The notes: generated by a model from the sequence alone, not told the origin. 59,142 bases of DNA from an uncultured virus (IMG/VR IMGVR_UViG_3300028048_000084) (IMGVR_UViG_3300028048_000084), one strand, 5' to 3'; counted from the stretch's first letter, positions 41,452 through 52,905 are shown. Numbers and translations: made by a program.

Positions 41452-41474
41452 ATAAAATTATTCATTCGATAAAA

Positions 41475-41663
41475 TTATTCATTTGTTTCTTTACGAGCTA
41501 TCTGTTTGCCACGAATTTCAAATACATTAAAATCCAATGGATAATGTTCATCCATTAACATATGCGCAATAGCTACATTATCTAAATCTTTATATTTTTC
41601 TGTCTTTAGTTTTGCATTAACAACATCAATTGTATCTGTAGGTAAAATTTTATTTTCTTCCAT
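41475..41663 (-). CDS. small hypothetical protein
   Basis: ORF in an operon-like run. Confidence 0.55.
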   Translation of the reverse strand: MEENKILPTDTIDVVNAKLKTEKYKDLDNVAIAHMLMDEHYPLDFNVFEIRGKQIARKETNE

Positions 41664-41677
41664 TATTAATCACCACA

Positions 41678-42583
41678 TTAATAATCATATTTTAATAAAT
41701 GATTCCTGTGTTCATTTTCTTCTTCTACATGATGCATTTCATTTTCTACTTCATCTATACTTAATAATCCTTTTTTCCCAAATTCAAACAAAACTTCTCC
41801 AGTATTTGAATAACCACTATTATTCATTTTTAATATTTTTGCTAACATATTTGGATTTTCCATAGCTTCATCTAAAATTTCGTCTACTTCATCAGGGAAT
41901 ACACAAACATTCAAAAAATCTTCCAATAAATTATAAAAATCATCGGCGTTTTCATCCATATAATTAATTACATATTCTCTTAAAGAGTCAGCATCTGGGC
42001 TTAGGATTACATCTATGCATTCATGTGCATATAATATACAAGCTGTATTAACTGTATCTTCGGCAACATTACGTAATTTTGATATTTGTTCTTGTGTTAA
42101 TTTAACATAATCTCCTGTATCTGCTTTAATTAAACGTTTGTTCATTATTTTGTTTCTCCTAGCATAATATTTTTTATGAGTAAATTTTTCCATATCATCT
42201 TCATATGGTTTTTCATTTTGCTCATAATCTTCTCTTTCTTCTGCTAATTCTTTTGCATATTCTTCATCTTTCATACGCCATTCATTATTTTCGCGTCTAT
42301 ACTTAATCCATTTATCTTTGGCTTCGTCATAAGAACAATTTTCTACTTCCTGAATTTGACGAATTTCTTTATCCCCTTGTTTGTCAAATTTTCCATTTTT
42401 CTCTTTTGTTGCTCTATTAACTGCTTCATTAGGAGTCATACCTTCCCCAATATATCTATAGACAGCATCCATCATATCTTCTACATCTTCATAATCAAGA
42501 GATTCAACAGATGTTCCTTCTAATATTGGCCACATATAAGCTGCACTATGTCCACTTGTTATTTTTTTAATCAATTTATTCAT
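41678..42583 (-). CDS. acidic two-module protein with NKLIKK and internal MNKRLIKA tags
   Basis: the second half resembles 42616..43137 (L..QE....LR..AE..V..AC). Confidence 0.7.
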   Translation of the reverse strand: MNKLIKKITSGHSAAYMWPILEGTSVESLDYEDVEDMMDAVYRYIGEGMTPNEAVNRATKEKNGKFDKQGDKEIRQIQEVENCSYDEAKDKWIKYRRENNEWRMKDEEYAKELAEEREDYEQNEKPYEDDMEKFTHKKYYARRNKIMNKRLIKADTGDYVKLTQEQISKLRNVAEDTVNTACILYAHECIDVILSPDADSLREYVINYMDENADDFYNLLEDFLNVCVFPDEVDEILDEAMENPNMLAKILKMNNSGYSNTGEVLFEFGKKGLLSIDEVENEMHHVEEENEHRNHLLKYDY

Positions 42584-42615
42584 TTTAATTAACACGCCTT
42601 TTATAATATCATAGA

Positions 42616-43137
42616 TTACCAATTAGAACTTGGTCTTACACTATCATAATAATCTCTTTCTTCTTCTTTTCTTTCATCTTCCCATTCTTTTAATGTGTTT
42701 TCTCTATCTTCATTATATGCAGACGCAATATCAGATGCATCAATACTCCAACCTTCATCACCAAAATCTTCTAATAATTGTCCAATCGTTTCAAAATCAT
42801 TTGGCTTATATCCTAATGCAACAGATAATGATGAAATATTATTATATAACATATTATCTGCTACTTTTTCTACTTCACTAGAACCAACATATTTAGCAAG
42901 AACTTTTTCCAATGCTTCACCGAAATAATATGGATAATCTTCTGTTAATACATCATATACATATTCAACAACATCATCTTCTGTGATTTCTTCGCTTTCA
43001 GAATCCCATTCAGAATATTTTTCTTCTGCACTTTTACAAGCACCTGATACTTCTTTTTCTGCTGCTTCTCTTAATGTATTTACATCTTCTTGTGAAAAAA
43101 TAATTTGTTTTTCTTCTTCTGCAATTAATCTTTTCAT
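42616..43137 (-). CDS. acidic protein with N-terminal MKRLIA tag
   Basis: MKRLIAEEE; very E/D-rich. Confidence 0.75.
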   Translation of the reverse strand: MKRLIAEEEKQIIFSQEDVNTLREAAEKEVSGACKSAEEKYSEWDSESEEITEDDVVEYVYDVLTEDYPYYFGEALEKVLAKYVGSSEVEKVADNMLYNNISSLSVALGYKPNDFETIGQLLEDFGDEGWSIDASDIASAYNEDRENTLKEWEDERKEEERDYYDSVRPSSNW

Positions 43138-43152
43138 TATATAATACTCCTT

Positions 43153-43452
43153 TTAGTTGAGTTGTTTAAAATCAAAATATTTCATTATATCATTAGAATA
43201 ATTTTCTTGTAACATATATGCTATTTTACTAGCAATTTGTTCTGTTTGCATATGAGTTTCACATATTTTTAAATATTGTTTCCCTGTTTGTGATTGTATA
43301 AAAATGATTCGGTTATTATGTCTATCATGCCCAAAGCCTAAGAAAAATTCTTCTCCTAGTTTACTGATAGCATTAATAAATTTACCATCAAATAATCCTA
43401 AAATGGACGAACGAGATATATCTAGTTTGCTCCATTTTACTTGATAAACCAT
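43153..43452 (-). CDS. hypothetical protein
   Basis: AGGAG RBS. Confidence 0.6.
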   Translation of the reverse strand: MVYQVKWSKLDISRSSILGLFDGKFINAISKLGEEFFLGFGHDRHNNRIIFIQSQTGKQYLKICETHMQTEQIASKIAYMLQENYSNDIMKYFDFKQLN

Positions 43453-43649
43453 CTTTTACACTCCTAAAACATTTATTGATACCTATTTAAAAAATATATC
43501 AACTATATCAATATATAATTTAATACATTTAATTTTCTATCTATATTATAGAGTACAAGTAAATACATTAAAAAGAATAAAAATATTCAAATAAACGAAA
43601 AAGACTAGCTCATTATTAGCTAATCTTTTTATTTTTAAATTTAAATTAA

Positions 43650-43961
43650 TTAAATATGTTTAATTCTCTCCATCACTTCATGACGTTTTGAATTATTCCA
43701 CGTAGACAGGTCACCTGTAAGATAGCCGGTGATGCGTCTAATTCTTTCAATCTTTGGCTTATCTTGTACGTATTTAATATCAATATCTACATTCTTTTCA
43801 TCTGCTTTTGATACAATTACTTCATCAATTGTACCTTCTTTATCTTCCTTATGTTCTTCTGCATAATCAAGAAAGTTTTTTGCAAAAGCAGTATCAATAA
43901 CCTGTTCATCATCGAAACCGTTAAATACAATGTGTTTTTTATCAATGTCAAATTCTTTCAT
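43650..43961 (-). CDS. nrdD: stand-alone NrdD glycyl-radical domain
   Basis: IERIRRITGYL...WNNSKRHEVMERIKH, the NrdD C-terminal glycyl-radical motif. Confidence 0.85.
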   Translation of the reverse strand: MKEFDIDKKHIVFNGFDDEQVIDTAFAKNFLDYAEEHKEDKEGTIDEVIVSKADEKNVDIDIKYVQDKPKIERIRRITGYLTGDLSTWNNSKRHEVMERIKHI

Positions 43962-43974
43962 ATATTATCACCTT

Positions 43975-44328
43975 TTACGAATTTAAAGTTTTCTTTAAAG
44001 TATTGCTAATTTTATCTTTAATTTCTTGAGGGGGGTCATTCGCTTTTTTTACATTCAACAAATCATAATCTTTTTCATACATTTCTGTATATAATTTTTC
44101 TAATTTATCTGCTTCATTTTGTGTACTACAATCCACAATCGGAAGTATATCTAAATCATCAAAATTATATTTGCTAATTTGTCTATCAGGATAAGTATAA
44201 TCTCCTGAATGATGTTGAATTAAGCGTCTGTGCAAACTGTTTGTTGTTTGTCCTATATAAATTACATTATTTGTATTCTTATCTATAATTTTATAGATAC
44301 AGAATTTCTTTGAATATTCTTTTTCCAT
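43975..44328 (-). CDS. GIY-YIG endonuclease (short)
   Basis: CIYKI...IYIGQT...RRLIQH ... E; paralog of the nuclease domain of 44508. Confidence 0.8.
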   Translation of the reverse strand: MEKEYSKKFCIYKIIDKNTNNVIYIGQTTNSLHRRLIQHHSGDYTYPDRQISKYNFDDLDILPIVDCSTQNEADKLEKLYTEMYEKDYDLLNVKKANDPPQEIKDKISNTLKKTLNS

Positions 44329-44507
44329 ATATTTACCTTCTTACGTCTCATATTTCTCGTCTCTGTTTGTTTATTTATCTATGTCTTTAATTACATATAA
44401 CGAAAACATTATATTAACCAATCCAAAGATAAACATAACTAAACAATATATAAATGTAGCATCCATATTGTGTTACCCATTAATTAAATAATTAATGTAA
44501 TTTTATT

Positions 44508-45560
44508 TTACTTATCTGTGCAACCACAACCAATATCGCTCAAAGAAAATAAATTATAAACATAATCATAATGAAATCCATTAATAGGCATTTTGTTTTT
44601 ACAAAGATTAGCCAACTTGGTTCTTTCAATTTTTAATTTTCGACTAAGCTCTTTCATAGAACGAAAAATAATATGCGTTTCTATACAAATTACTTTATGA
44701 TAATTTTGCACATAAAACATTCTTTTTTTTATATCCTCATTACTCATTTTATCATAGTCAGTTTTAAATACCCAAACATTTTTTCCAAATTGACCGTTTA
44801 ATTTACATTGAGTTAAAATATAACTGCTTCTTGTGTTATATTTTTTTGAAGCATCGGATACAGAATTAAAAACTTCTTTTGTATTTAATAAAACAACAGA
44901 TATTTTTATTTTATGGTGTGAACCAATTTTTTCTTTTGTAATACAACTATGTTTTCTTCCTAATTGGGCTTTTGACATATTTGCTTTCGCTTTTTCTGTA
45001 TGTTTATATCCAATTAGTGATTTTCGTATTTTTGTTTTTGTTTTTTCATCAAATTTGTTGCCAATTTTTATATTCAACAAATTAAATTTTCTTTGATATT
45101 CTTTTATATATTTTTCTTCTAATATATCTGATTCGTTTTTATTATCTGTATCAATTATTGGTACAATAATTAAATCTTTCTTATTATATTTTTTTAATTC
45201 AACATCTGCATATGTTGAATAATTAGATAAATGTTGTATTAATCTTGTATTTAACGAACTCGTTGTTTTTCCAACATATAAAACATTATTTGTCTTTTTA
45301 TTAACAATTTTATATATACAATATTTTTTTGAATATTCTTTTTTCTTTTTGTCTTTATTAGGAGGAATGATGTTTTTATATGAATTATCATCAACAAATT
45401 CCCAACGCAATTTAACTCCATTTATCTTACCACAATAAGAATTTTTATGTTTACAACATAACAAAATATTACTTCTATTTATGTTATAAAATTTAGATGC
45501 TTCACCAGAAGAATTAAATATTTCACCTGTAGTTGTACAAACTACTCTTTTTGATTTCAT
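44508..45560 (-). CDS. GIY-YIG homing endonuclease with NUMOD-type DNA-binding repeats
   Basis: CIYKI..LYVGKT..RLIQH; KHTEKAKANMSKAQLGRKHS (NUMOD3-like); GEIFNSSGEAS and EVFNSVSDAS (NUMOD1-like). Confidence 0.85.
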   Translation of the reverse strand: MKSKRVVCTTTGEIFNSSGEASKFYNINRSNILLCCKHKNSYCGKINGVKLRWEFVDDNSYKNIIPPNKDKKKKEYSKKYCIYKIVNKKTNNVLYVGKTTSSLNTRLIQHLSNYSTYADVELKKYNKKDLIIVPIIDTDNKNESDILEEKYIKEYQRKFNLLNIKIGNKFDEKTKTKIRKSLIGYKHTEKAKANMSKAQLGRKHSCITKEKIGSHHKIKISVVLLNTKEVFNSVSDASKKYNTRSSYILTQCKLNGQFGKNVWVFKTDYDKMSNEDIKKRMFYVQNYHKVICIETHIIFRSMKELSRKLKIERTKLANLCKNKMPINGFHYDYVYNLFSLSDIGCGCTDK

Positions 45561-45612
45561 AAGCACAACTCCATTTTTCGTTTCATAACTATCGTCTCTG
45601 TTTTTAACACTT

Positions 45613-48600
45613 TTATTTATCTGTGCAACCACAACCAATATCACGAATATTTACACGAATGTCTGTATCATTACGTGTTTCTTTATATCCGCAAATTGGA
45701 CAAGTATCTCCGTCTATTACCAATGTGTTGCCGCAGGATGGACACCTATCTACCGGATGATTAATAGCGAAGTAATTCATATTGTTGTCGTGCATATAAC
45801 GCACAACAGATTCAAAAGCATCTAAGTTTTTGAGCGGGTCACCATCCATTTCGATGTAACTTATGACTCCCGCATTACACAACTCATGATATGGAGCTTC
45901 AATCTCAATTTTCTTTGCAGCTGAAATTGGATAGTAAACTGGAACCATTTATACCGTTATTTTCATAATACTTTAACTACTTCTTAAAGAAGTACGGATT
46001 AGACTATTTCTTTAACTTAATGATTTAAGTTATAATACACTTCCATACAAAATATGTATGTACTCTGCTATCGCAGATAGTCGTTACACCTTTTTATTGG
46101 CACGAACATTACCATCAGCATTATCTGTTAAGGATTTGCCGTTAGCCTGATTTACATCAGACACCATCTATTTTTAGATGTTCATATTATTTTCATAGTT
46201 ATATCACTATAACTAGGCACATTCGTTTATCTTAATGCATACTATTTGTAAAATATTCCCTATCCGTTACACCTTTGATAACTCCATATTTCTTTCTTGT
46301 ATCGCGAAGGAAAGCACCAGCTGTTGACTCTGCCTTTATACCCTCAGTTTCCTGATATTTATTGGGGGGAATAGACTATATCTTCACCCTCATAAGAGGG
46401 GCTTTACACTTCGATTTAAGGGATTCTCACCCACCTCGGAATTTCACCGTGGCCCTATTTCTATTGCGGAATTTCACCGCCATCGGAATAGTCGTTACAC
46501 TTTTTTATAAAAATTCTACTTTGATTTGATGTTTTTTACTAAAATTATGGCGTTTAGCCAAACTAGACAATGTTCCCTTATTAATACCTGTTTTGTCCAT
46601 AGCAATATTTAAACTGCCATAAATTGTTTCATTACCTTTAAAGTCAATGATTTTAACAGGTTTAGATTGAGAATCTTCAAATCCTTTATCATTTTTTGCC
46701 AATCCATTTTGATAAGCATGAAGTGTGTTTTTACTAATTGTTGTCCACTCTAAATTACTTGCAACATTATTTTTTTTATTGCCATCAATATGATTAACAA
46801 CATCATAATTATTTGGGTTTGAAACAAAATATTTTGCTACCAATCTATGCAAACGATATGTAATGTGTTTATTAATTTGCCAAACAGTAATATAATAATA
46901 TCCATTTTTATTTAAATATGGTTTTCTTTCTTCAAAAAAACCTCTTTTGTAACTATAAATCTTACCGTTATCGCAAATATAATATTCATCAGAACATTCT
47001 TCCATTCGCTTTAAGTTGTGATTTTTTACAAACAATGGTTTTTGTAATTGTTTTACAAATTGAACATTATCATCAGTAAAATGACGATGTTTATTTTTTT
47101 CTTTATCTGAATTAGAATTAAAAACATTGTCATATAACCATTTTGCTGTTTTTATAGTTAAATTTGTTTTATTAACAAATTCACCGATTCTCATATTTTC
47201 ACCTCCCTTATAATTTTATTATAAATCAATCAAAGTATTTTTGTATAATTTTATAAACTTAGCACGGTATTGCCGTCTAACCACATTCATGGTCATAAGG
47301 TTCTCTTACGAAGCGTATTCGTGCATTTATCATGCCTTATTTAACTTCTACCGTTAGCCCTTTTAAAAAGGACACCCTAGATTTCTAGGTTCACAAAGTT
47401 TTCAATATATCCTCTCAGATATAAGTCCCACAGAGTTTAGGCGTTGCAAATAAGCTAAAGTTTAAATGTGTTTCTTTCGCGTACTTATCTGTCATTTCAC
47501 GCATATGTTTAATAATTTCATATCCTAACTTACGCGCTTCTTCTGTTTCTCCATGATGTGAACCAATTAATGCCACAAGTGCTTCTGCCAATCCACAGAA
47601 ACCAATAGAGATAGATGCTTGCTTTAATACAGGAGCAATTTCATCTGTCCATTTTAATTGTTCACTTGTATACCAAAGATGTTGTCCCATCAAGAATGGG
47701 AAATTATATACATGACGATGACCAATTCGTTCAAATCTCCAAAGAAGATTTTCTTTACAAAGTTTCATGTATTTATCCAAAAGTTTATAGAACTTTTTAA
47801 TATCATGGTTTGCATCCAATGCCAACATAGGAAGATTAATGGTATCAAATGCAAAGTTACCTCTTGATGAAGTAATTGGTTCACCATTCAAATTCATTTG
47901 AGTTTTTGTACGACAACCCCTTGTCATGTTTTTTCTGTATCACTACAGGTTCAGACTATATCACATACCTATAATTATAGGCATCTTTTCTTTTCCACTA
48001 ACTCAAAAAGTGTACTCTACTTCCGTAGATAGTCGTTTAGCTTTTATTATTAATAAATGTGTTTAATTATTTTCCTATATGTAGAAAGATAAAAACATTT
48101 TTTTTGTAAATAAAATATCCACTTATAAATAAATTTAGCACTAGATTACCTTAAAAATTTAAGGTTTCCTTGTTTAGAAAAGTTCTTCGATATACATTTC
48201 TGTATAAAGCCACAGGTTTGTTTATGGTTGCAATCTCTGTTCTATAATCATTTGGATTATAATATTGCATATTGTAAGGTGCGTCTTGATTTTCAAAATT
48301 CGCTTAAATAAATTATATTTCTATAATTCGCAGACTATCTCTTTACACCATATTGATGTATATTGCGCTTCCGCATAAATTATGCGTACTAGGATTTCTC
48401 CTATAGTCGTTACACTTCATAAATCCATTTCCATTTATAACCATATGAAACTGTGTGATGATTCGCTGCATTTCTGATACATTGTATATGAAAATTCAAT
48501 ATTCTATGTACTTCATTTAAAGATTTAAAAGTTCTTAATACATGATTATTTAAATCCATCTGACAAATCTTTTTTCCATATTTTTCTTGAATATATTTTC

Positions 48601-51600
48601 CATTTTCTTTGTGAGTTTTTTTACGATTATCATTTTCATAATTTAAATGATTTTGATATGCTCGTTTAATATTTTCAGAAATTGTAACACATTCTAAATT
48701 GGAAACACAATTATTATGTTTGTTTCCATCAATATGGTCAATTGTCATATTCTTATCATAATTTTCTAAAAATGCTTCTGCAACTAAACGATGTACCAAA
48801 CACATAATTCGTTTTCCGTTTACTTTCAAACAAACACATTTATATCCACAAGTATGATTTCCTTGTTTTAAAACTCGTTCTTGAATATGTCTGTCTGCTT
48901 GATTCTTTACAGGAACAATTCTAGCATTTGATTTTACTCTGCCATAATTACTAACAGAATATGCACGATTTGTCCATACAATATATCTCCATTCTTCCAT
49001 CATCACACCTCCTTTTTTGGATTTATTTTAGCACGGTATTGCCATCTATCTTTCGATGTAGGTTCTCTTAGAAAGCTAATTATAGCTTTTACCGTTTTCA
49101 CAATATGTTTCTTACATTACTGTAAGCCCCAATGTTGTTTAGGGAAAAGACGCTTTGCACTTACACGCATAGCTAACTTAAATAAATCATAATTCGGGTC
49201 ACTAGGGTCATAGCTAATTCCCTTTTTGAGTCTGAATATAGTTATCGGGAAGATGCTCGTCTCACCATGCCCTAATCCTGCTTCTTGTGCAAGGAGAAGT
49301 TCTTTCATAGCTAAACGTCCTTCTTCGGACGTATCTAACCCGAAATTCAATGAACTAAATGGCACTTGAGAGCCAGCTCTCGAATGCATTGAGTTCAAAT
49401 TGAAAATAACACTTTCCATCGCTTGATGTGTTTCTTCTTCTACACGTTTACAAGCCAGCTTATAAGCATTTTTAAATAGCTTATTTAATTCTTTATCATC
49501 TGTTAGTTTATCAATATTTTTATCATTCTTATACGTTGGATATTCGTTCTGTTTTTGTTTTAAAATATCATTCACAGTATCTTCTGATACATCAGAAACC
49601 ATAGCAAGGTTTTTAGAACATTCTTCAAATTCTTTCTTAAAAGAACGTCTCACACCTTCTGCCATAGCTCTATCAAAGTCCTGAATTGACTGTCCACCCG
49701 TGGACAACATATGTTTATTGTAAAAACATATGTTTTACCCGACTATATCTCTATCTTTATATTTCATTATAAAGATACTTTCTTTTCAAATAACGTATCA
49801 ATAGTTATTTTACTCTACTCACTCATTCCCAATTAATTAGTTAATAACTCTAAATCCTTATACGGTTGGTATGTTTTCGATAGTCTGTTGACCTGTTTTT
49901 AAAGTTACCGATTGAATATTTCTATATGGTTTATTAGCGTAATAAGCATTATATAATGTTTTTCTATCAATATTTGATTTCTTTGCAATTTCTTTCATTG
50001 TACCGTTAAACCTAGTACCATCCAATAATATTACATTATATATGTTTTCTTTTCTATTTATTTGAAAAGTTTTATTATTAATTGAACGTTTTACATTATG
50101 TAATTGATTTGAAAACATTAAATTATCTACATTATAATTCATTGGATTATCGTCTAAATGTTCTATTACATCATAAGGTTCATTTTTTATATATGCAAGA
50201 GCAATTAAATGATGCATTAAACATTTTTTATTTTTACCATCTATTGTATCTAATGTAACATATGGATATGCTCTCTTAGTGTTTAATTTTGTCATTTGTT
50301 TAATATGCATCGTATTTATATTAATAACTTTATATCCAATTAGCCAATAAATAGGTTTAACTTTTTCACAACCATATAATGTACAAATTTGAGTTCGTTG
50401 ATTTGTTATTTCCACGCTATCACCTCCCAAATAAAATATGATAACTTTAAAAATTTGGCACAGGATTAAATATATCAATATTCTTCCCTGTTAGCTTTAT
50501 CATTCATTGTCATTTACTACAATTACTAAATACGTTGATAAAACACCTTTGATAAAAGTTAAAATAGAGTTTGTTCATGCATATTACTATGCAAGTGTTC
50601 AGTTTAACCTTTTGGTTTAAACATATTATTCTGTGACGATTGTAGCACAATACAAGCTAGACTTGCAGCAGAACGAATACTTTGCGGTTCTCTAATATAT
50701 GAGCTACCAATTTTAAAACCGTCTTTAAATGTTTTTTGTAAATCCACCTGGAGGCAGTTATGAGTTACAATACCATTTGCAACAAACAAATGGTTTTCAG
50801 TTTCAAAATCATATACCCAATCATTATATGGCTCTTGTTCAATAGAAACAATATCACCATATTCAATACTGTTCCATTTTGGTTGATTTAATACATTATA
50901 ATCTATTTTATGACAATCTTTAACTAATTGTTTAAAAGCAACATAGTTTCCGCTTGTCAAATGTAATTTCCATGTATCAAATTTACGAACAGATTCAGTA
51001 TTTCCAAAATGTGCAATTGTTCCCTTAGAATTAATTTTTTGAATATAACTGCTCACATTGTTATAAGATAACCATTTAGCCATTTGATATATCAATGTTT
51101 TGCTAGTCAATCCAACAGAACAACACTCTTGCGTTTTTGGTACATTTCCATCGCCATCAATCATAGCAGAAAAGAAACCGTTCACAAAATCTTCATTGGC
51201 TAATAGTAATTGTTCATTTAATTTCATATCATGACTATCTTTTTTATAAAGCAGTCCATGTTCAGAAAACAATTTAACAATAATATTACCAAAAATATGA
51301 GTAACACTTACACGATTCCCTGGTCTTTCATATGTTGCAACCTTTAAATGTGGAAAACAATTATTAATACAATTAATGTAATCCTTAGTTAAAATATCAT
51401 CTTTATTAGCAAATACAACACTTCTTTGTTCTTGATTAATAGAACCTTCTGAAGCAACATATCCTAAAAATTTTCCCAAATATTTATTTAATGGCAATAT
51501 TGCATTAATATAATTACCATTAGAACGTTTGCACATCAATTCAATATTATGTTCATCAATATTCATTCTATTACGAAGTAATTTATACTCTTTCAAAGAA

Positions 51601-52905
51601 AGATATTTCCAAACATGATTAGGTTTTAAATTTGACAATCTTGTTTCAATAATTTGTTTTATATCAGAAGGAATAAATTTTGATACATATTCTGTATTGT
51701 GAATAACAATACTTGTATCATTTTCATCAAGAATATCAATCAAATTTATTTCTTTTTTTCTATTAAAGGTTGGATATTTTGCGATAGGCAATTTATTTCC
51801 AACCTTTAAATCCGCAACCCTCAATTCTGTACCGTCATTTAATATTGTTTTATGGTCAGAAGTTGCTCTTAATTCATTACCGCTTTTAGTTGTTACATGA
51901 TAAATATTTGAGTTTTCTTTTCTACGAAGTAATTTATTTACTTTTGTAAATTCTCCATTATTCGATAATGTATAGATATTTTTATCTGAAACATCAACCC
52001 ATTGTTTATCCAAATCATCATCAAAATAAGAATCAAAATCTCTAAATGTAACAACTTTTATTTCATCATTTTCTTTAATCACTAACTTTGTATCATAGCT
52101 GGTACAGTTGAATGTTAGCTCTGAAAAATCCTTATCCTCTCACAGTAGACAGTTGTCTATTGCAGATTGACTATATCATCTAAGATAGGCACTTCCGCAT
52201 ATTTTTACTATATGCGTACTCCATAATTGGATAGTCGATTAACTTTATTTACAAACAAATGTAAACATTAGCACAGGATTCTACTTTAAAAAGTCATTCC
52301 CTGTTAGCACAATTTCTAAATGTCATTTTCTACATTTCCTAAACGTAAATTGTACACCTGATATTATCAGTTCACCTATTTTTTTATCCACAATAAGATT
52401 CATGGATATGAATATATCCTGCTCTATGAGCATCAATATATCTCTTTGGAATAATGTAATTATCATTGAAGAAATTACTTACTGTCGTTCCATATATTAG
52501 CATAGAACCCATTGGCTCGTCTGATTGGATATTTGCATTACTACGTTTATAATCCGATTCTTCACCAGACTGAAATGTAATATCCATCATTTTCTTCATC
52601 AATTCTTCATGAGTATCACGAATCTTTGCGTGTTCAGAACGATAGATAATATAAGATTTAGCAGTATGTTCCCAATTTGATTTCATCAAAATGTTTTCTA
52701 TTTCATCTTGAATACTTTCTACTGAAGGTGCTTTTACATCTTCAAACTTTTCTTCAACCTGACTTACCATCCCCCAAACAATAGAATTGTTCATCCTCTT
52801 GTCTTTGGAATCATTGTTTGCTTTCTTGATTGCATTAAATATCTTATGCGAATCATAGTCAACAACTTTTCCATTTCTTTTTCTTACTTTTTGCAAGTGA
52901 TTCAC
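45613..52905 (-). CDS. nrdD: anaerobic (class III) ribonucleoside-triphosphate reductase. Exons 52905-52402, 52136-50619, 49698-49141, 48300-48224, 47919-47439, 46333-46235, 45945-45613
   Basis: ATP-cone; joined exons restore HIH|DKDF, NMF|GGQS, LFP|NF, TM|GCRT, ATP|AES, NSMH|VPV and a CxxC..CxxC Zn site; 3570 nt in frame (1189-aa precursor, ~739 aa after intein removal). Confidence 0.9.
45946..46234 (-). ncRNA. group I intron 6 of nrdD (no ORF)
   Basis: exon ends in U paired with G in P1 (GCAU/GUGC); AACGACUA and AUAGUC core; terminal G. Confidence 0.85.
46334..47438 (-). ncRNA. group I intron 5 of nrdD (carries an HNH ORF)
   Basis: CCU/GGG P1; AACGACUA and AAGAUAUAGUC; terminal G. Confidence 0.85.
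46505..47194 (-). CDS. intron-encoded HNH homing endonuclease
   Basis: LHRLVAKYF..., VNHIDGNKKNNVASNLEW. Confidence 0.9.
   Translation of the reverse strand: MRIGEFVNKTNLTIKTAKWLYDNVFNSNSDKEKNKHRHFTDDNVQFVKQLQKPLFVKNHNLKRMEECSDEYYICDNGKIYSYKRGFFEERKPYLNKNGYYYITVWQINKHITYRLHRLVAKYFVSNPNNYDVVNHIDGNKKNNVASNLEWTTISKNTLHAYQNGLAKNDKGFEDSQSKPVKIIDFKGNETIYGSLNIAMDKTGINKGTLSSLAKRHNFSKKHQIKVEFL
47920..48223 (-). ncRNA. group I intron 4 of nrdD (no ORF), splitting the Met codon of MGCR
   Basis: CCAU/GUGG P1; AACGACUA and GAUAUAGUC; terminal G. Confidence 0.85.
48301..49140 (-). ncRNA. group I intron 3 of nrdD (carries a NUMOD4-HNH ORF)
   Basis: CCCU/GGGG P1; AACGACUA and GAUAGUC; terminal G. Confidence 0.85.
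48410..49006 (-). CDS. intron-encoded NUMOD4/HNH homing endonuclease
   Basis: EEWR..., YSVSNYGRVKS, VHRLVAEAF, IDHIDGNKHNNCVSNLE. Confidence 0.9.
   Translation of the reverse strand: MMMEEWRYIVWTNRAYSVSNYGRVKSNARIVPVKNQADRHIQERVLKQGNHTCGYKCVCLKVNGKRIMCLVHRLVAEAFLENYDKNMTIDHIDGNKHNNCVSNLECVTISENIKRAYQNHLNYENDNRKKTHKENGKYIQEKYGKKICQMDLNNHVLRTFKSLNEVHRILNFHIQCIRNAANHHTVSYGYKWKWIYEV
49699..50618 (-). ncRNA. group I intron 2 of nrdD (carries an HNH ORF)
   Basis: UGUUU/GAACA P1; AGAUAUAGUC; terminal G. Confidence 0.85.
49858..50478 (-). CDS. intron-encoded HNH homing endonuclease (likely GTG start near 50414)
   Basis: YPYVTL, MHHLIALAYI, IEHLDDNPMNYNVDNL. Confidence 0.85.
   Translation of the reverse strand: MIYLILCQIFKVIIFYLGGDSVEITNQRTQICTLYGCEKVKPIYWLIGYKVININTMHIKQMTKLNTKRAYPYVTLDTIDGKNKKCLMHHLIALAYIKNEPYDVIEHLDDNPMNYNVDNLMFSNQLHNVKRSINNKTFQINRKENIYNVILLDGTRFNGTMKEIAKKSNIDRKTLYNAYYANKPYRNIQSVTLKTGQQTIENIPTV
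50757..52106 (-). mobile_element. intein (450 aa) with a LAGLIDADG endonuclease in NrdD
   Basis: begins CTSYDT, has TSDH block B, LGYVASEG and FFSAMIDGDG; ends VYDFE...NGIVTHN followed by Cys. Confidence 0.92.
52137..52401 (-). ncRNA. group I intron 1 of nrdD (no ORF)
   Basis: AUCCAU/GUGGAU P1; UCGACUA and GAUAUAGUC; terminal G. Confidence 0.85.

Noticed and set aside
47415..52905. ORFs 47415, 49117, 50604 and 52384 as separate proteins or an nrdD pseudogene
   Set aside because: They are exons bounded by canonical group I splice sites that rejoin in frame
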